Shown in pieces: positions 17,451-26,232 of a stretch of DNA of 64,000 bases; position 1 is the first letter of the stretch; the number at the start of each line of letters is the position of its first letter. The position numbers and the translations under genes were made by a program. Below the pieces are notes generated by a model. The model made no database searches. It was not told where the DNA came from and saw only the letters and a program-made list of their open reading frames with translations. Where the stretch lies: IMG/VR virus record IMGVR_UViG_3300012203_000001, positions 1,085-65,084 of that record. One strand, given 5' to 3'. The stretch is from a virus. Its lineage: Duplodnaviria; Caudoviricetes.

Positions 17451-20252
17451 ATGGTCCGACACAAACAGTTTAATAACGGTTCTGGAAAGTCTAGTGCTTC
17501 TAAGTATTATACTGAACACATGGGGGTGTCGTGTTACTACTGGCAAGGGGTTGGATTGCTCCAGGGGCGGACGTTCAATCATATGGGGTTATCAAAGCGG
17601 GAGATGAACTTGGGTGTGTTCACGTCGCTTGAGAACAATGTAAATCCTGAGACTGGCGAACGGATCACGTTACAGACAAATACGACTCGGCAAGAGTGGG
17701 TGGTGAATTCCAAAACGGGAAAGCGTGAGTTGGAGACTGTAGGGGATCGACGCACAGGCATGGATCTGCCATGCATCGTTCCAAAAACAGTTTCGGAAGT
17801 AATGGCGGAAAATCCTGGCGAGTTCGCGGATGCTATCGAGCGAGTTTGCGTTGCGGCGAACACTAAGGCGATGCAGTTGGCCGAGTCGCTTGCTAAGACG
17901 CGGATACGAATCGGCGGGGCGCAGGATGATCGTGTTACCGGTAACCTTTTGTACTTGAGCGTGATTCACCGGGACGCTCGGCCAGTGGGCTCGCACGTCC
18001 CCGATCCGATGTGGCATGCGCATAACTACGTTTTTAATACCACGTTCGACGGCGAGGAAAAGCGGCTTAAAGCGGTGCAGCTCCATGACGTAATTAAACA
18101 TTTGGATACGGTAGACGCGGTGTTTCTTTCTGAGATTGATCGGGGCCTGATCAATCTCGGCGTTGGTACTGAGCGCACACCGGACGGCCGAAGTTTTGAG
18201 ATCACGAGCGTGAAAGGCAAAGAGATCTTTTGCAAACGGCGCAACGAAATCTTGAAAGAGGAACTCGGGAACCGAGACAGGATTGAGACATTGACGATGT
18301 ACCGGATGCGGGCTGCGGCCAAGGTTGGGAAGTTTCTGGACTACGACAAGGTGAAGACTGAGGTGCGCAACGAGCTAGGCAAACAGATGGCTAAACGCAA
18401 GGTGGTCGTCAGCATGGAAGAGAAACTTGCGAAACTTCGTGAGCAGATGACACCGGAGATCCGCGCATCCCTTCAACGAGACGCGGTGACAACGGCACCC
18501 CGAACGAATTGGCGTACACCGGATGAAGCCAAGTCCGAGGTGCTTCATTCAGCGTTTAAACAGCAGTCAGTCGTTCACGAGTTGGATATTGCCGGCCAAC
18601 TTTTGCGGGCAACGGGCGGGTCAATGACGTTTGATGAAGCGCTCAAGTTCGCCAAAGGCGTAGCATTTATTCACTTGGACAAGGAGGGACACTTAACGAC
18701 AGAGGAAGTGAAAAGGGAAGAGGCGTTGATGCTGAAGACGGTGAGAACTGGATGGGATAGCGAGTCTGCGATGGTGGCGGATCCAAATTATCCGATCGTG
18801 GATCCAAAGATAATCCTGGCCGCCGATCAACTTAAGGCTACCCGATTCGTTTGGAATTCGCGGGATCTGGTCACCGATGTGAGCGGGATTGCCGGTGCCG
18901 GCAAGACAACGCTGCTCAAGGAAGTCGTGGCCGGGCTGCGGGAAAATAGCAGGTTGGTCATCCTTCTCGCACCGACCTCGGCGAGCGAGAAAAACCTCCA
19001 CAAAGATTTTAGGGACGCGATCACCCTTCAGAAGTTCGAAAAAGATTTGGAATTGCAGCACGCTTTGTCGCCCGGGTCCGTGCTGATTCTGGACGAGGTG
19101 TCGATGGTGTCGGTGCCGCAGATGTGTCGGTTGGTTGCGTTAGTGAAAGAAAAAAGGTGTCGGCTGGTGACGTGCGGCGACTCGGATCAGCATGTTAGTC
19201 CGGAGCGCGGCGACGCTATCCGGATCTTGCAAGACTCGGGCTCGGTCCGGTCCGTTGAGTTGACCGCTACCTACAGGGCTCAAGTCGCGTATTTGAAAGA
19301 GACGGTGTTGGATCTGAAAGCGGGCGGCGATCGGCGTGCGATTGGGTACGCGCGGCTCGATAAGCACGGCGATATCCGCGAGGTAGTATCGCAATCGGAT
19401 CTTCGCCAGCAAGCGGTTGACGCACACCTAGAGGCGGTGCGGTCCGGTCACCTCGCGATTCTTGCGAGCCCGGTTCATGCGGAAGCGCGGGAAGCGACGG
19501 CGATTGTTCGCGAGACTTTGAAGGCGGAAGGAAAGATCGAACGGCAAGATCACACGGTTACCATGTTGGCGCGTGTCAATGTCAACGGCCCTGAACTGAA
19601 AGATCCGCTTCATTATCAGGTTGGCCGCGTGGTGTCGTTTCACACGAAGGTTTCCGGTGGGTTCAAAGCGGGCGAGAAATGGCAGGTGATCGGGAAGCCG
19701 TTGGGCGATGGACGATTCAGTTTGTACCGGGATGGCGTATCGAAATTGTTTAGCCCGAAATCTAAAGGGAAGTGGAACGTTTATGAGTCGGACGACATGG
19801 CGATCAGTGTTGGCGACCAGGTACGAATCACCGAGGGATTTAAAGAGCGTGGGGTAGCTTTCAAGAATAACGATATCGCCAAGGTGGCGGCAATCGAGCC
19901 CGACCGCGTGACCCTTGACGACGGCCGCTCGATGCGCCGTGACTTTATGCATCTGGACCAGGGCGTCTGTATCACATCCTACGCCACGCAATGCCGCACT
20001 GTGCGGCAGGTTGTTGCGATCGCTCCCCTTTCCTCGTTTGCGGAATTGGATGCGAAAACTTTCTATGTCCTCGCGTCGCGGGCCACGCACCGGGCGATTT
20101 TCTTCACGGATTGCCGCGATGCGTTCAAAGAAGCCGTACTTCGTCCCGGTGATCGGAAATCAGTTTGGGAATATCTAGCCGGGAAACTTGATCGGTTACC
20201 TGAACGTATTCAGCGAAAATCGAGAGAACAGGAGATGGGTTATGAGCGATAA
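17451..20252 (+). CDS. MOB-F relaxase-helicase (TrwC/TraI type)
   Basis: YY..YY tyrosines, N.NP.TGE, D...VPKTVS, H..ARP...DP.WHAH.YVFN HUH motif, helicase GIAGAGKTT, ILDEVSM, GDSDQH, TSYATQ..TV, YV..SR. Confidence 0.93.
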   Translation: MVRHKQFNNGSGKSSASKYYTEHMGVSCYYWQGVGLLQGRTFNHMGLSKREMNLGVFTSLENNVNPETGERITLQTNTTRQEWVVNSKTGKRELETVGDRRTGMDLPCIVPKTVSEVMAENPGEFADAIERVCVAANTKAMQLAESLAKTRIRIGGAQDDRVTGNLLYLSVIHRDARPVGSHVPDPMWHAHNYVFNTTFDGEEKRLKAVQLHDVIKHLDTVDAVFLSEIDRGLINLGVGTERTPDGRSFEITSVKGKEIFCKRRNEILKEELGNRDRIETLTMYRMRAAAKVGKFLDYDKVKTEVRNELGKQMAKRKVVVSMEEKLAKLREQMTPEIRASLQRDAVTTAPRTNWRTPDEAKSEVLHSAFKQQSVVHELDIAGQLLRATGGSMTFDEALKFAKGVAFIHLDKEGHLTTEEVKREEALMLKTVRTGWDSESAMVADPNYPIVDPKIILAADQLKATRFVWNSRDLVTDVSGIAGAGKTTLLKEVVAGLRENSRLVILLAPTSASEKNLHKDFRDAITLQKFEKDLELQHALSPGSVLILDEVSMVSVPQMCRLVALVKEKRCRLVTCGDSDQHVSPERGDAIRILQDSGSVRSVELTATYRAQVAYLKETVLDLKAGGDRRAIGYARLDKHGDIREVVSQSDLRQQAVDAHLEAVRSGHLAILASPVHAEAREATAIVRETLKAEGKIERQDHTVTMLARVNVNGPELKDPLHYQVGRVVSFHTKVSGGFKAGEKWQVIGKPLGDGRFSLYRDGVSKLFSPKSKGKWNVYESDDMAISVGDQVRITEGFKERGVAFKNNDIAKVAAIEPDRVTLDDGRSMRRDFMHLDQGVCITSYATQCRTVRQVVAIAPLSSFAELDAKTFYVLASRATHRAIFFTDCRDAFKEAVLRPGDRKSVWEYLAGKLDRLPERIQRKSREQEMGYER

Positions 20253-20574
20253 CGGTGTCCGATCACTTCGTGAGCAGTACGCTGCTCCGCGCCGGTCATT
20301 GGCATGGGAGATAGGTAACGCTGACATCGTTCGGTTCTGGGCCGAGGACGGCAACTGTTATGGATTCCTGTTTCATCACGTCATGTCGACGGTATACCTA
20401 GCGCAACCAAACCGGCTATTCATTCAATGCCCGCTCGGTGCGTTGGTCATATCCGGCCCGAAAGTGTTAGAGTTCCTGGATGACTTTTCCAATCGGAAAG
20501 TTGCGGTTCTGAAAGCGGATGGGACCGATATTACGTCGGTCGAAATGTTGCCGCGAACAGAAAAAGAAGAGTAG
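20242..20574 (+). CDS. Hypothetical protein downstream of the relaxase
   Basis: Probable ATG at 20242 overlapping the relaxase end. Confidence 0.55.
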   Translation: MSDNGVRSLREQYAAPRRSLAWEIGNADIVRFWAEDGNCYGFLFHHVMSTVYLAQPNRLFIQCPLGALVISGPKVLEFLDDFSNRKVAVLKADGTDITSVEMLPRTEKEE

Positions 20575-20897
20575 TTGGCAGAATGTTATTGTGTAATTCT
20601 GTACTTTAAAGTATAGCGCCGTTATGGTTTAGCGCCCTAGCGGCATGGATTATCGAGGTCGGGCGCGGCCATCTTTTGCAAAAAGATGAGTAATCTGCGC
20701 GACCTACAAGTCGGCGAAAAACGCCACGCGACGTTTTTTCTCAATCACGGTAAGCAGCCGCAGACCGTCAATTGCCTAGGGTTAAGTGAGGTACGTGTGT
20801 TCGTTTACGAAGTTCCTGAACGGATCACGTTTAAGAATTTTCGTGAAGTTTTTCACCTGTCTTTGTGGTTTAAAGACGTTTCGGATCTGGCGATCGA

Positions 20898-22292
20898 ATG
20901 CAAATAGAAGCGTCACCACCCGTTTCTATCGTTGTTCAACGTCCGAAACCGCGTGTGCCCTTCTGCCTATTCGCCCGCGCCTATCTCGGGTTGCACCTTT
21001 ATGACTGGCAGATGCGAATTTTAATTGCACTCGAACGCAAGCATGTGTCAGGGGTAATTTGTAATGGAGGCGGCAAATCGAGTGTGGTTATTGCATCAGC
21101 TGTATTGGCATTTCTCTATAACTGGCCAACTGGACGGTGTGCGCTCACAAGTGGTTCATACCTTCAGCTCGAATCAATCCTCTGGCCGGCGATCGAGCAA
21201 TACCGGCCACTACCGTACTTCCGAGGGTGGACATGGAACCAAGTCGAGATAAAAACGCCGCAAGGCGGGTTTGCTCAAGGGTTTTCCACAGATCGGCCGG
21301 AAGCACTTGAGGGTTGGCACCAGTCGGTTGAATCGCCGCTTCTCTATATCGTCGATGAAGCGAAAGCGATCAGTGACGAGAAATTCCAGGGGATCGGGCG
21401 GTGTACCCCCACCTTTTACGGCCAGTTTTCCTCCGCGGGCGCCGCTCAAGGCGATTTCTATCATTCGTTCAACAAACTGAAAGCGTTCTTTTGGACTTGT
21501 AAGGTAACGAGTCGCGATTGTCCGCACATCAGCGATGAGCAGCGGGCGTTCGATAAAGCTAAGCTCGACCGGGCCGTGTACGCGTCCAAGCATGACTCGG
21601 AATTTGACAGTGATCTGTCCGGGTCGGCGATCAAGCTTGGTGTAATTAACACGGCGCTCGAACGCCAGGTGTGTCTCAGTCATAATCCGGGGCAACGCGC
21701 GGCTTTCTGCGATTTTGCGGCGGGCGGCGCTGAGAATGTGATTGCGCTACGCGACGGTAACAAGGTCACGCTCATTGCTGCGTGGCGCAATCCCGACCCT
21801 ACCCAGGCGTGCCGGGAATTCATCGAACACTTTAAGCGGTTGCGTCTGCATGCTTCTGAGATCTTTGCTGACGTAGGTGGCCTAGGGGTGGTGATGTGCT
21901 CGAATTTAAAAGCCGCCGGATGGCCGGTGGTCGAGGTCAATAACGGGTTGCCGGCCGAGGACGCGGAGCATTACGCGAACCGCGGGTCGGAGATCTGGTT
22001 CAAGGCGGCGCAAATAATCGAGTTCGGGCTCGGGAACGGTAAGCACATGATCATTCCGGAAGACAAGTTGTTCATCGAACAGGCGACTAGCCGGAAACGC
22101 GAGTACGACCAGAAACAACGACTCAAGATCGAAAGCAAAAAAGATTTAGTAGGGCGCGGCATTCCCTCCCCTGACCGCGCGGATGCTGTGCTTGGAGCGA
22201 TGATTTGTCGACCGTCACAATGGAACGCGCAATTAGTTGCGCAGGTGCATCTGCCTGAAAACATGTTCGCACCGTCGTTTATGAGGTTCTGA
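20898..22292 (+). CDS. terL: Terminase large subunit
   Basis: LYDWQ, Walker A CNGGGKSS, IVDEAK Walker B, nuclease CDFAAGG, D.GGLG, N.GSE.W, IESK......SPDRADA. Confidence 0.9.
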   Translation: MQIEASPPVSIVVQRPKPRVPFCLFARAYLGLHLYDWQMRILIALERKHVSGVICNGGGKSSVVIASAVLAFLYNWPTGRCALTSGSYLQLESILWPAIEQYRPLPYFRGWTWNQVEIKTPQGGFAQGFSTDRPEALEGWHQSVESPLLYIVDEAKAISDEKFQGIGRCTPTFYGQFSSAGAAQGDFYHSFNKLKAFFWTCKVTSRDCPHISDEQRAFDKAKLDRAVYASKHDSEFDSDLSGSAIKLGVINTALERQVCLSHNPGQRAAFCDFAAGGAENVIALRDGNKVTLIAAWRNPDPTQACREFIEHFKRLRLHASEIFADVGGLGVVMCSNLKAAGWPVVEVNNGLPAEDAEHYANRGSEIWFKAAQIIEFGLGNGKHMIIPEDKLFIEQATSRKREYDQKQRLKIESKKDLVGRGIPSPDRADAVLGAMICRPSQWNAQLVAQVHLPENMFAPSFMRF

Positions 22293-22542
22293 CCCTATGG
22301 AAGAAATCATTCCTACCTCTAACCCGACCGTATTCGTCAAAGACGGCAAACTATTCGTCTTAGAGCAGACCGGCCCAATCAATTTCGTTCTCAAACCGTT
22401 CAAGTACTCAGATCAAAAGCTATGGAAGAAATAATTCATACCTCGGGGTTACCTGCTCCAGCGCCAAATCCATTAGGACATTTCACCGACGTTAGGGTTG
22501 TCGATGTCCCGGTTGAACCAGAGCCAGCAAAAGAGGAAACGC

Positions 22543-22809
22543 ATGGGAATCCTTGAGACGATTCAGAAAAATCCTCAAGCGTCGGTTGCGGCGTTGATAT
22601 CAGCAGCAACGGGTGTTGTGACATGTTACTTCACTATTGTCGGGCATCCGGAGCGGGGCGACTCCATCGCTAAACAGTTGAGCGATATGGCGGTACCTAT
22701 CGGGACTGCAGTGACGATTGTAATGGCGCTTAAAAGCGGGATTCACTTTAGTCGCGGGCCAGCGCCGTTGCCAGCCGAACAACCGCAACCGTTGACACCG
22801 AAGGCGTAG
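22543..22809 (+). CDS. Putative holin
   Basis: Two hydrophobic segments, directly upstream of the lysin; RBS GAGGA. Confidence 0.5.
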   Translation: MGILETIQKNPQASVAALISAATGVVTCYFTIVGHPERGDSIAKQLSDMAVPIGTAVTIVMALKSGIHFSRGPAPLPAEQPQPLTPKA

Positions 22810-22816
22810 CCAAGCG

Positions 22817-23518
22817 ATGAATGCCGATTTTGTCCCATTCGATCTTTCAAGAGTGGCATTGATCCGGCGCGTTTTATCGGTAGCAGAGACTGATGAACCT
22901 CAATGGAATCCGGCAAGCGTATACATCTACCGTGACGGAAACGAGGGTCGTAAGCAATGTACGCTTTCGATCGGGTTTACGGCTGATGGCGGTAACCTTC
23001 TCAAGGTGTTGGAAAGATACATTGATCAGCATGGTGCATTCGCAATCCAAATGGCGCCCTATATCATGGCGCTCCGTAATGGCGATCCAGGTATTGAGCC
23101 TAATTTCGTAGGGCTCTTAAAAACAGCCGGCCGGCAAGATCCTCTTTTTGGTCAGGTGCAGCTAGAAGCGTTTGACGACATTTATTTAGGGCCGGCGTTC
23201 CAGTGGGCCAAAGAACATGGCTTTACGCTCCCCTTATCGTTCCTCGTGATCGCCGATTCGTTCCTTCATTCCGGATCTGTGCTTGTATCGATCCGCAATT
23301 TGTTCACTGAAAAGGTTCCAAAGGATGGCGGGAACGAAAAGGCGTGGGTAAGCAAATACACGGCCAAACGGCGGAATTGGTTAGCGACGAGCGCGCGCAC
23401 GATTCTGCACAGCACAGTTTATCGGTGCGACTGCTTTACTCGGGAGATATTGAGCAATAATTGGGAACTGTTAAATGAGCCAATAGCGATGAATGGGGTT
23501 CACGTTTATGCGGCGTGA
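22817..23518 (+). CDS. GH46 chitosanase-like endolysin
   Basis: SVAET, VYIY.DG...Q.T..IGFT..GGNL..VL..Y, LS.LVIADS.LHSGS, GGNEKAWV..Y...R..WL lysozyme-fold/GH46 pattern. Confidence 0.75.
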   Translation: MNADFVPFDLSRVALIRRVLSVAETDEPQWNPASVYIYRDGNEGRKQCTLSIGFTADGGNLLKVLERYIDQHGAFAIQMAPYIMALRNGDPGIEPNFVGLLKTAGRQDPLFGQVQLEAFDDIYLGPAFQWAKEHGFTLPLSFLVIADSFLHSGSVLVSIRNLFTEKVPKDGGNEKAWVSKYTAKRRNWLATSARTILHSTVYRCDCFTREILSNNWELLNEPIAMNGVHVYAA

Positions 23519-23725
23519 ATTAACCAAATAGAAAGGAAACAAATGCCAGACGATACCGATCAACCAAAGCAATCGATAGAAGAAGCGCCACCGGCAACAC
23601 CGTCTCAAGAGGCATCAAGCGATCCTCTTCATACGCCTGGAGTTGGCCCTGTTATCCTTCATGGGGCGCGCTCGCTCACGATCGAGTTTACGGACGGTCA
23701 CACAATTCAGGTCAGTTTTTAAGTT

Positions 23726-23914
23726 ATGCTTGGATCACTAATTTATTGGCTGATTTTGGTGATTGTCGTTTGCCTGTTGTACTGGGTTTTGTCGCAATTT
23801 GCACCCGCACCGATTATGAAGGTGGTGCTGGTGGTTTGTGTGGTGATTGTCGTTTTATCACTGATTTTTATGTTCCTTCCACTCGCTGGAATTCACTTTG
23901 GCGCGATGCACTAA
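23726..23914 (+). CDS. Small two-TM membrane protein (holin-like)
   Basis: 62 aa, nearly all hydrophobic, two helices separated by APAP. Confidence 0.6.
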   Translation: MLGSLIYWLILVIVVCLLYWVLSQFAPAPIMKVVLVVCVVIVVLSLIFMFLPLAGIHFGAMH

Positions 23915-23915
23915 A

Positions 23916-25673
23916 ATGCTGCGTAAAACTAAAACTAGTTTGATCGAGTCGCGGGCTCCGATGGAGGTCCCGACACCTAACGGCAATACGACGCCGAGTG
24001 GAAAACTCGTGGCGTCTGCCGATACGCGCGGCATGGTCGATATCACGAATCGCGACCGAATGCTGTACCAGCTCTGGGGAGAGCTGAAACCTGACCAACT
24101 GGCGAGTATTCTCAAACAGGCGGTTATAGGGAACTTGGTTTGGCAAGAGCGTTTGTTCCAAAAAATGGTGGACGAATGGCCACGGCTCCAAAAGAACATC
24201 CTAAGCCTGAAACGCGATGTAGCGAACCTTGACTGGAGCATCGAGCCGTTTTCAGGGCGCGGGTCTGATGCTTCAGGTTTAGCACAAGAAAAAGCGGATT
24301 TGGTCGAGCGCGCGCTATTCAACATGGAGGGCGATCCTAAGAAGGACGAATCGGATTTCTCGGGGATGATCAAAGATCTCGTGGACGCTATTCCGTGTTG
24401 TTTCTCGATTTCAGAGGTTTATTGGACACAGTGCGACGGTGACGTGGTGCCGCAGTGTACCCGCAAGCTTCCAGCAAGGTTTTACGGGTACGGGCTCGCT
24501 CCTGACAAGCCTGATGAACTGATGTTGAATCCGCGCGGGAACCTGGCGTTTACCTGGGAATCGTTGCAGCCGTTTCCGGATAACAAATTTCTCGTAGGGA
24601 TCTTCAAGGGATACAATAACCACCCGACTTTGGCGGCCATGTTACGCTCGCTGACTCCACATTGGTTTGCGCAAAAGTACGGGCTCAAATGGTTCATGAC
24701 GTTTTGTCAGATGTTCGGGTCGCCGACACGGATGGCCGAGTACACGCCTGGCGATATGACGACGTTTAACTCGTTGTGTTCGATGCTTGAACAGATGGGC
24801 TACGCCAATTGGGGCGTGTTCCCGGCTGGTGCGAAAGTGTCGCTCTTAGAGGCGAAAGGAACAGGCGGAACGATGTTGCCGCAGCGTGTGCTTGCTGCTG
24901 ATGCCGATGAACAATGCGACATAATGGTTCTTGGTCAGACACTGACAAGCGCGGTTCGATCGAGTGGCGGCAACCGCGCACTTGGCCAGGTCCATGCTGA
25001 CACAGAGCGCAAGGTGCTCAACGGAGTCGCGGATTTTGTCAAGACCGTGATTAATAATCAGTTGATCCCGGCCATTCTGTTTCTGAACTATGGCGAGACC
25101 ACTGAACGGCCGCAGCTTCAGGGAACGCTCGAGGAACCAACCGATGAGTTGGCGCTTGCGCAACGGGACCAGGTATTGTTTCAGCAAATGCAGGTACCGG
25201 TGGCGAAAGACTTTCTTTATCCGCGTCACTCCATTCCCGAGCCAGGTGACGAAGACGATTTATACACGCCGCCCGGGATAGGATCAGACCAGAAGTTTAA
25301 AGATGCATCATTAGGCGGTGGAGGTGGCGGGATGCCTGGAGGAGACGGACAACCGGAATCGACTGAAGGCGGTACGGCGAGCGCAGGAGAGGTGACCGTG
25401 CGACCTCCAAAGCATGTTGTGGCCAGCATGAAGCGTGGGATGAAACTAAGGGAAAAGTACGGTCACGGCGGCTCGATTATGGCGGTTATGCGAGCTCGCG
25501 ATATATCCGAGTCCAAGGCGCTGAGCGTTAACTCCGTGCGTCTGATGCGGATGTATTTCGATGCGCACCCAGAAGACGCTCAAGCGTCGCCCGAGAGTGC
25601 GGGAGGTATCGCGTATTTACTGCACGGCGGGACATCCGGCCAAAGTTGGTGTGAATCAATTACGAAAGGATAA
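23916..25673 (+). CDS. Portal protein, Mu gp29/DUF935-like, with an extra C-terminal domain
   Basis: DA...FS.SEV.W, W..F...FG.P.R...Y, LGQTLTS....G.RALGQVH, INNQLIP...LNYG motifs. Confidence 0.9.
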   Translation: MLRKTKTSLIESRAPMEVPTPNGNTTPSGKLVASADTRGMVDITNRDRMLYQLWGELKPDQLASILKQAVIGNLVWQERLFQKMVDEWPRLQKNILSLKRDVANLDWSIEPFSGRGSDASGLAQEKADLVERALFNMEGDPKKDESDFSGMIKDLVDAIPCCFSISEVYWTQCDGDVVPQCTRKLPARFYGYGLAPDKPDELMLNPRGNLAFTWESLQPFPDNKFLVGIFKGYNNHPTLAAMLRSLTPHWFAQKYGLKWFMTFCQMFGSPTRMAEYTPGDMTTFNSLCSMLEQMGYANWGVFPAGAKVSLLEAKGTGGTMLPQRVLAADADEQCDIMVLGQTLTSAVRSSGGNRALGQVHADTERKVLNGVADFVKTVINNQLIPAILFLNYGETTERPQLQGTLEEPTDELALAQRDQVLFQQMQVPVAKDFLYPRHSIPEPGDEDDLYTPPGIGSDQKFKDASLGGGGGGMPGGDGQPESTEGGTASAGEVTVRPPKHVVASMKRGMKLREKYGHGGSIMAVMRARDISESKALSVNSVRLMRMYFDAHPEDAQASPESAGGIAYLLHGGTSGQSWCESITKG

Positions 25674-25675
25674 AA

Positions 25676-25918
25676 GTGGAAGTAAGCAATACTAAAATGA
25701 TTGATGATTTGGCTAAGTCCGGCCTCGGCCTTGAACAGGCTTGTGACCAATTAATTATCGAGGCCAGCCGACTGAAAAAGAAGGTTAAATCGATGGTGGA
25801 GACGCGACGTGCTGATTATATCGATTGGTTAAAGGATGAGATTGAGCACATGACTTATGAGCTGCGCCAGGACAACACTTTAGTGAAGTCGGCACCTATG
25901 GCAGGAGGTAACCCCTAA
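25676..25918 (+). CDS. Hypothetical protein
   Basis: ORF between portal and gpF. Confidence 0.45.
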   Translation: MEVSNTKMIDDLAKSGLGLEQACDQLIIEASRLKKKVKSMVETRRADYIDWLKDEIEHMTYELRQDNTLVKSAPMAGGNP

Positions 25919-25959
25919 CCCACGGTTGCCGCTGGTCGGTTCGATTCCGACTGCCGACG
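25888..25959 (+). ncRNA. Non-canonical tRNA-like cloverleaf
   Basis: Acceptor GTCGGCA/TGCCGAC, T-arm GTCGG-TTCGATT-CCGAC, 7-bp anticodon-like stem GGTAACC/GGTTGCC with 10-nt loop, minimal D arm CCT/AGG. Confidence 0.55.
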
Positions 25960-25977
25960 CCCCGAAAAGGAAACGGG

Positions 25978-26232
25978 ATGAGCGAACATCAAGCAATGGC
26001 AGAAATGCCTAGATACAAGTGCCACAAGGAAGTTTGGGCACTTAGAATTAAAGAAGTGTCAGGGAATACGCTATCTTTCTTCGAACCGTTATTCGCACCG
26101 ATAGAAGTAGATCCTAAGTTATTCTCTCGGTACATGCCAACGACTGGAGACTTTTATGTTGTTTACGCCGATGGATACAAATCAATTTCGCCTGAAAAAG
26201 CATTCAAGGATGGGTACTCGCCAATAGAATAA
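25978..26232 (+). CDS. Conserved phage hypothetical protein
   Basis: MPRYKCHKEVWAL.I...YVVY.DGYKS.SP..AF..GY pattern. Confidence 0.7.
   Translation: MSEHQAMAEMPRYKCHKEVWALRIKEVSGNTLSFFEPLFAPIEVDPKLFSRYMPTTGDFYVVYADGYKSISPEKAFKDGYSPIE

Larger units (their letters stand above)
475..20574 (+). mobile_element. Conjugative transfer (T4SS + MOB-F) module
   Basis: Co-oriented, translationally coupled pilin-VirB3-VirB4-SSB-VirB5-VirB6-VirB8-VirB9-VirB10-ATPase-VirD4 cluster followed by a TrwC-type relaxase. Confidence 0.9.

Noticed and set aside
19428-20090. 220-aa minus-strand ORF
   Set aside because: Antisense to the relaxase helicase domain, no motifs
20612-20640. MOB-Q-like nic site (TTAGCGCCCT)
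   Set aside because: Only a partial match to the IncQ-type nic consensus, and the relaxase is MOB-F
20686-20907. ORF directly upstream of terL as terS
   Set aside because: Only 73 aa with no HTH or terS-like features; 63476..63973 is a better candidate
25888-25959. Amber suppressor tRNA / alternative genetic code (CTA in the loop)
   Set aside because: The loop is 10 nt and CTA is not in anticodon register; genes are full length in the standard code and TAG serves as a normal stop
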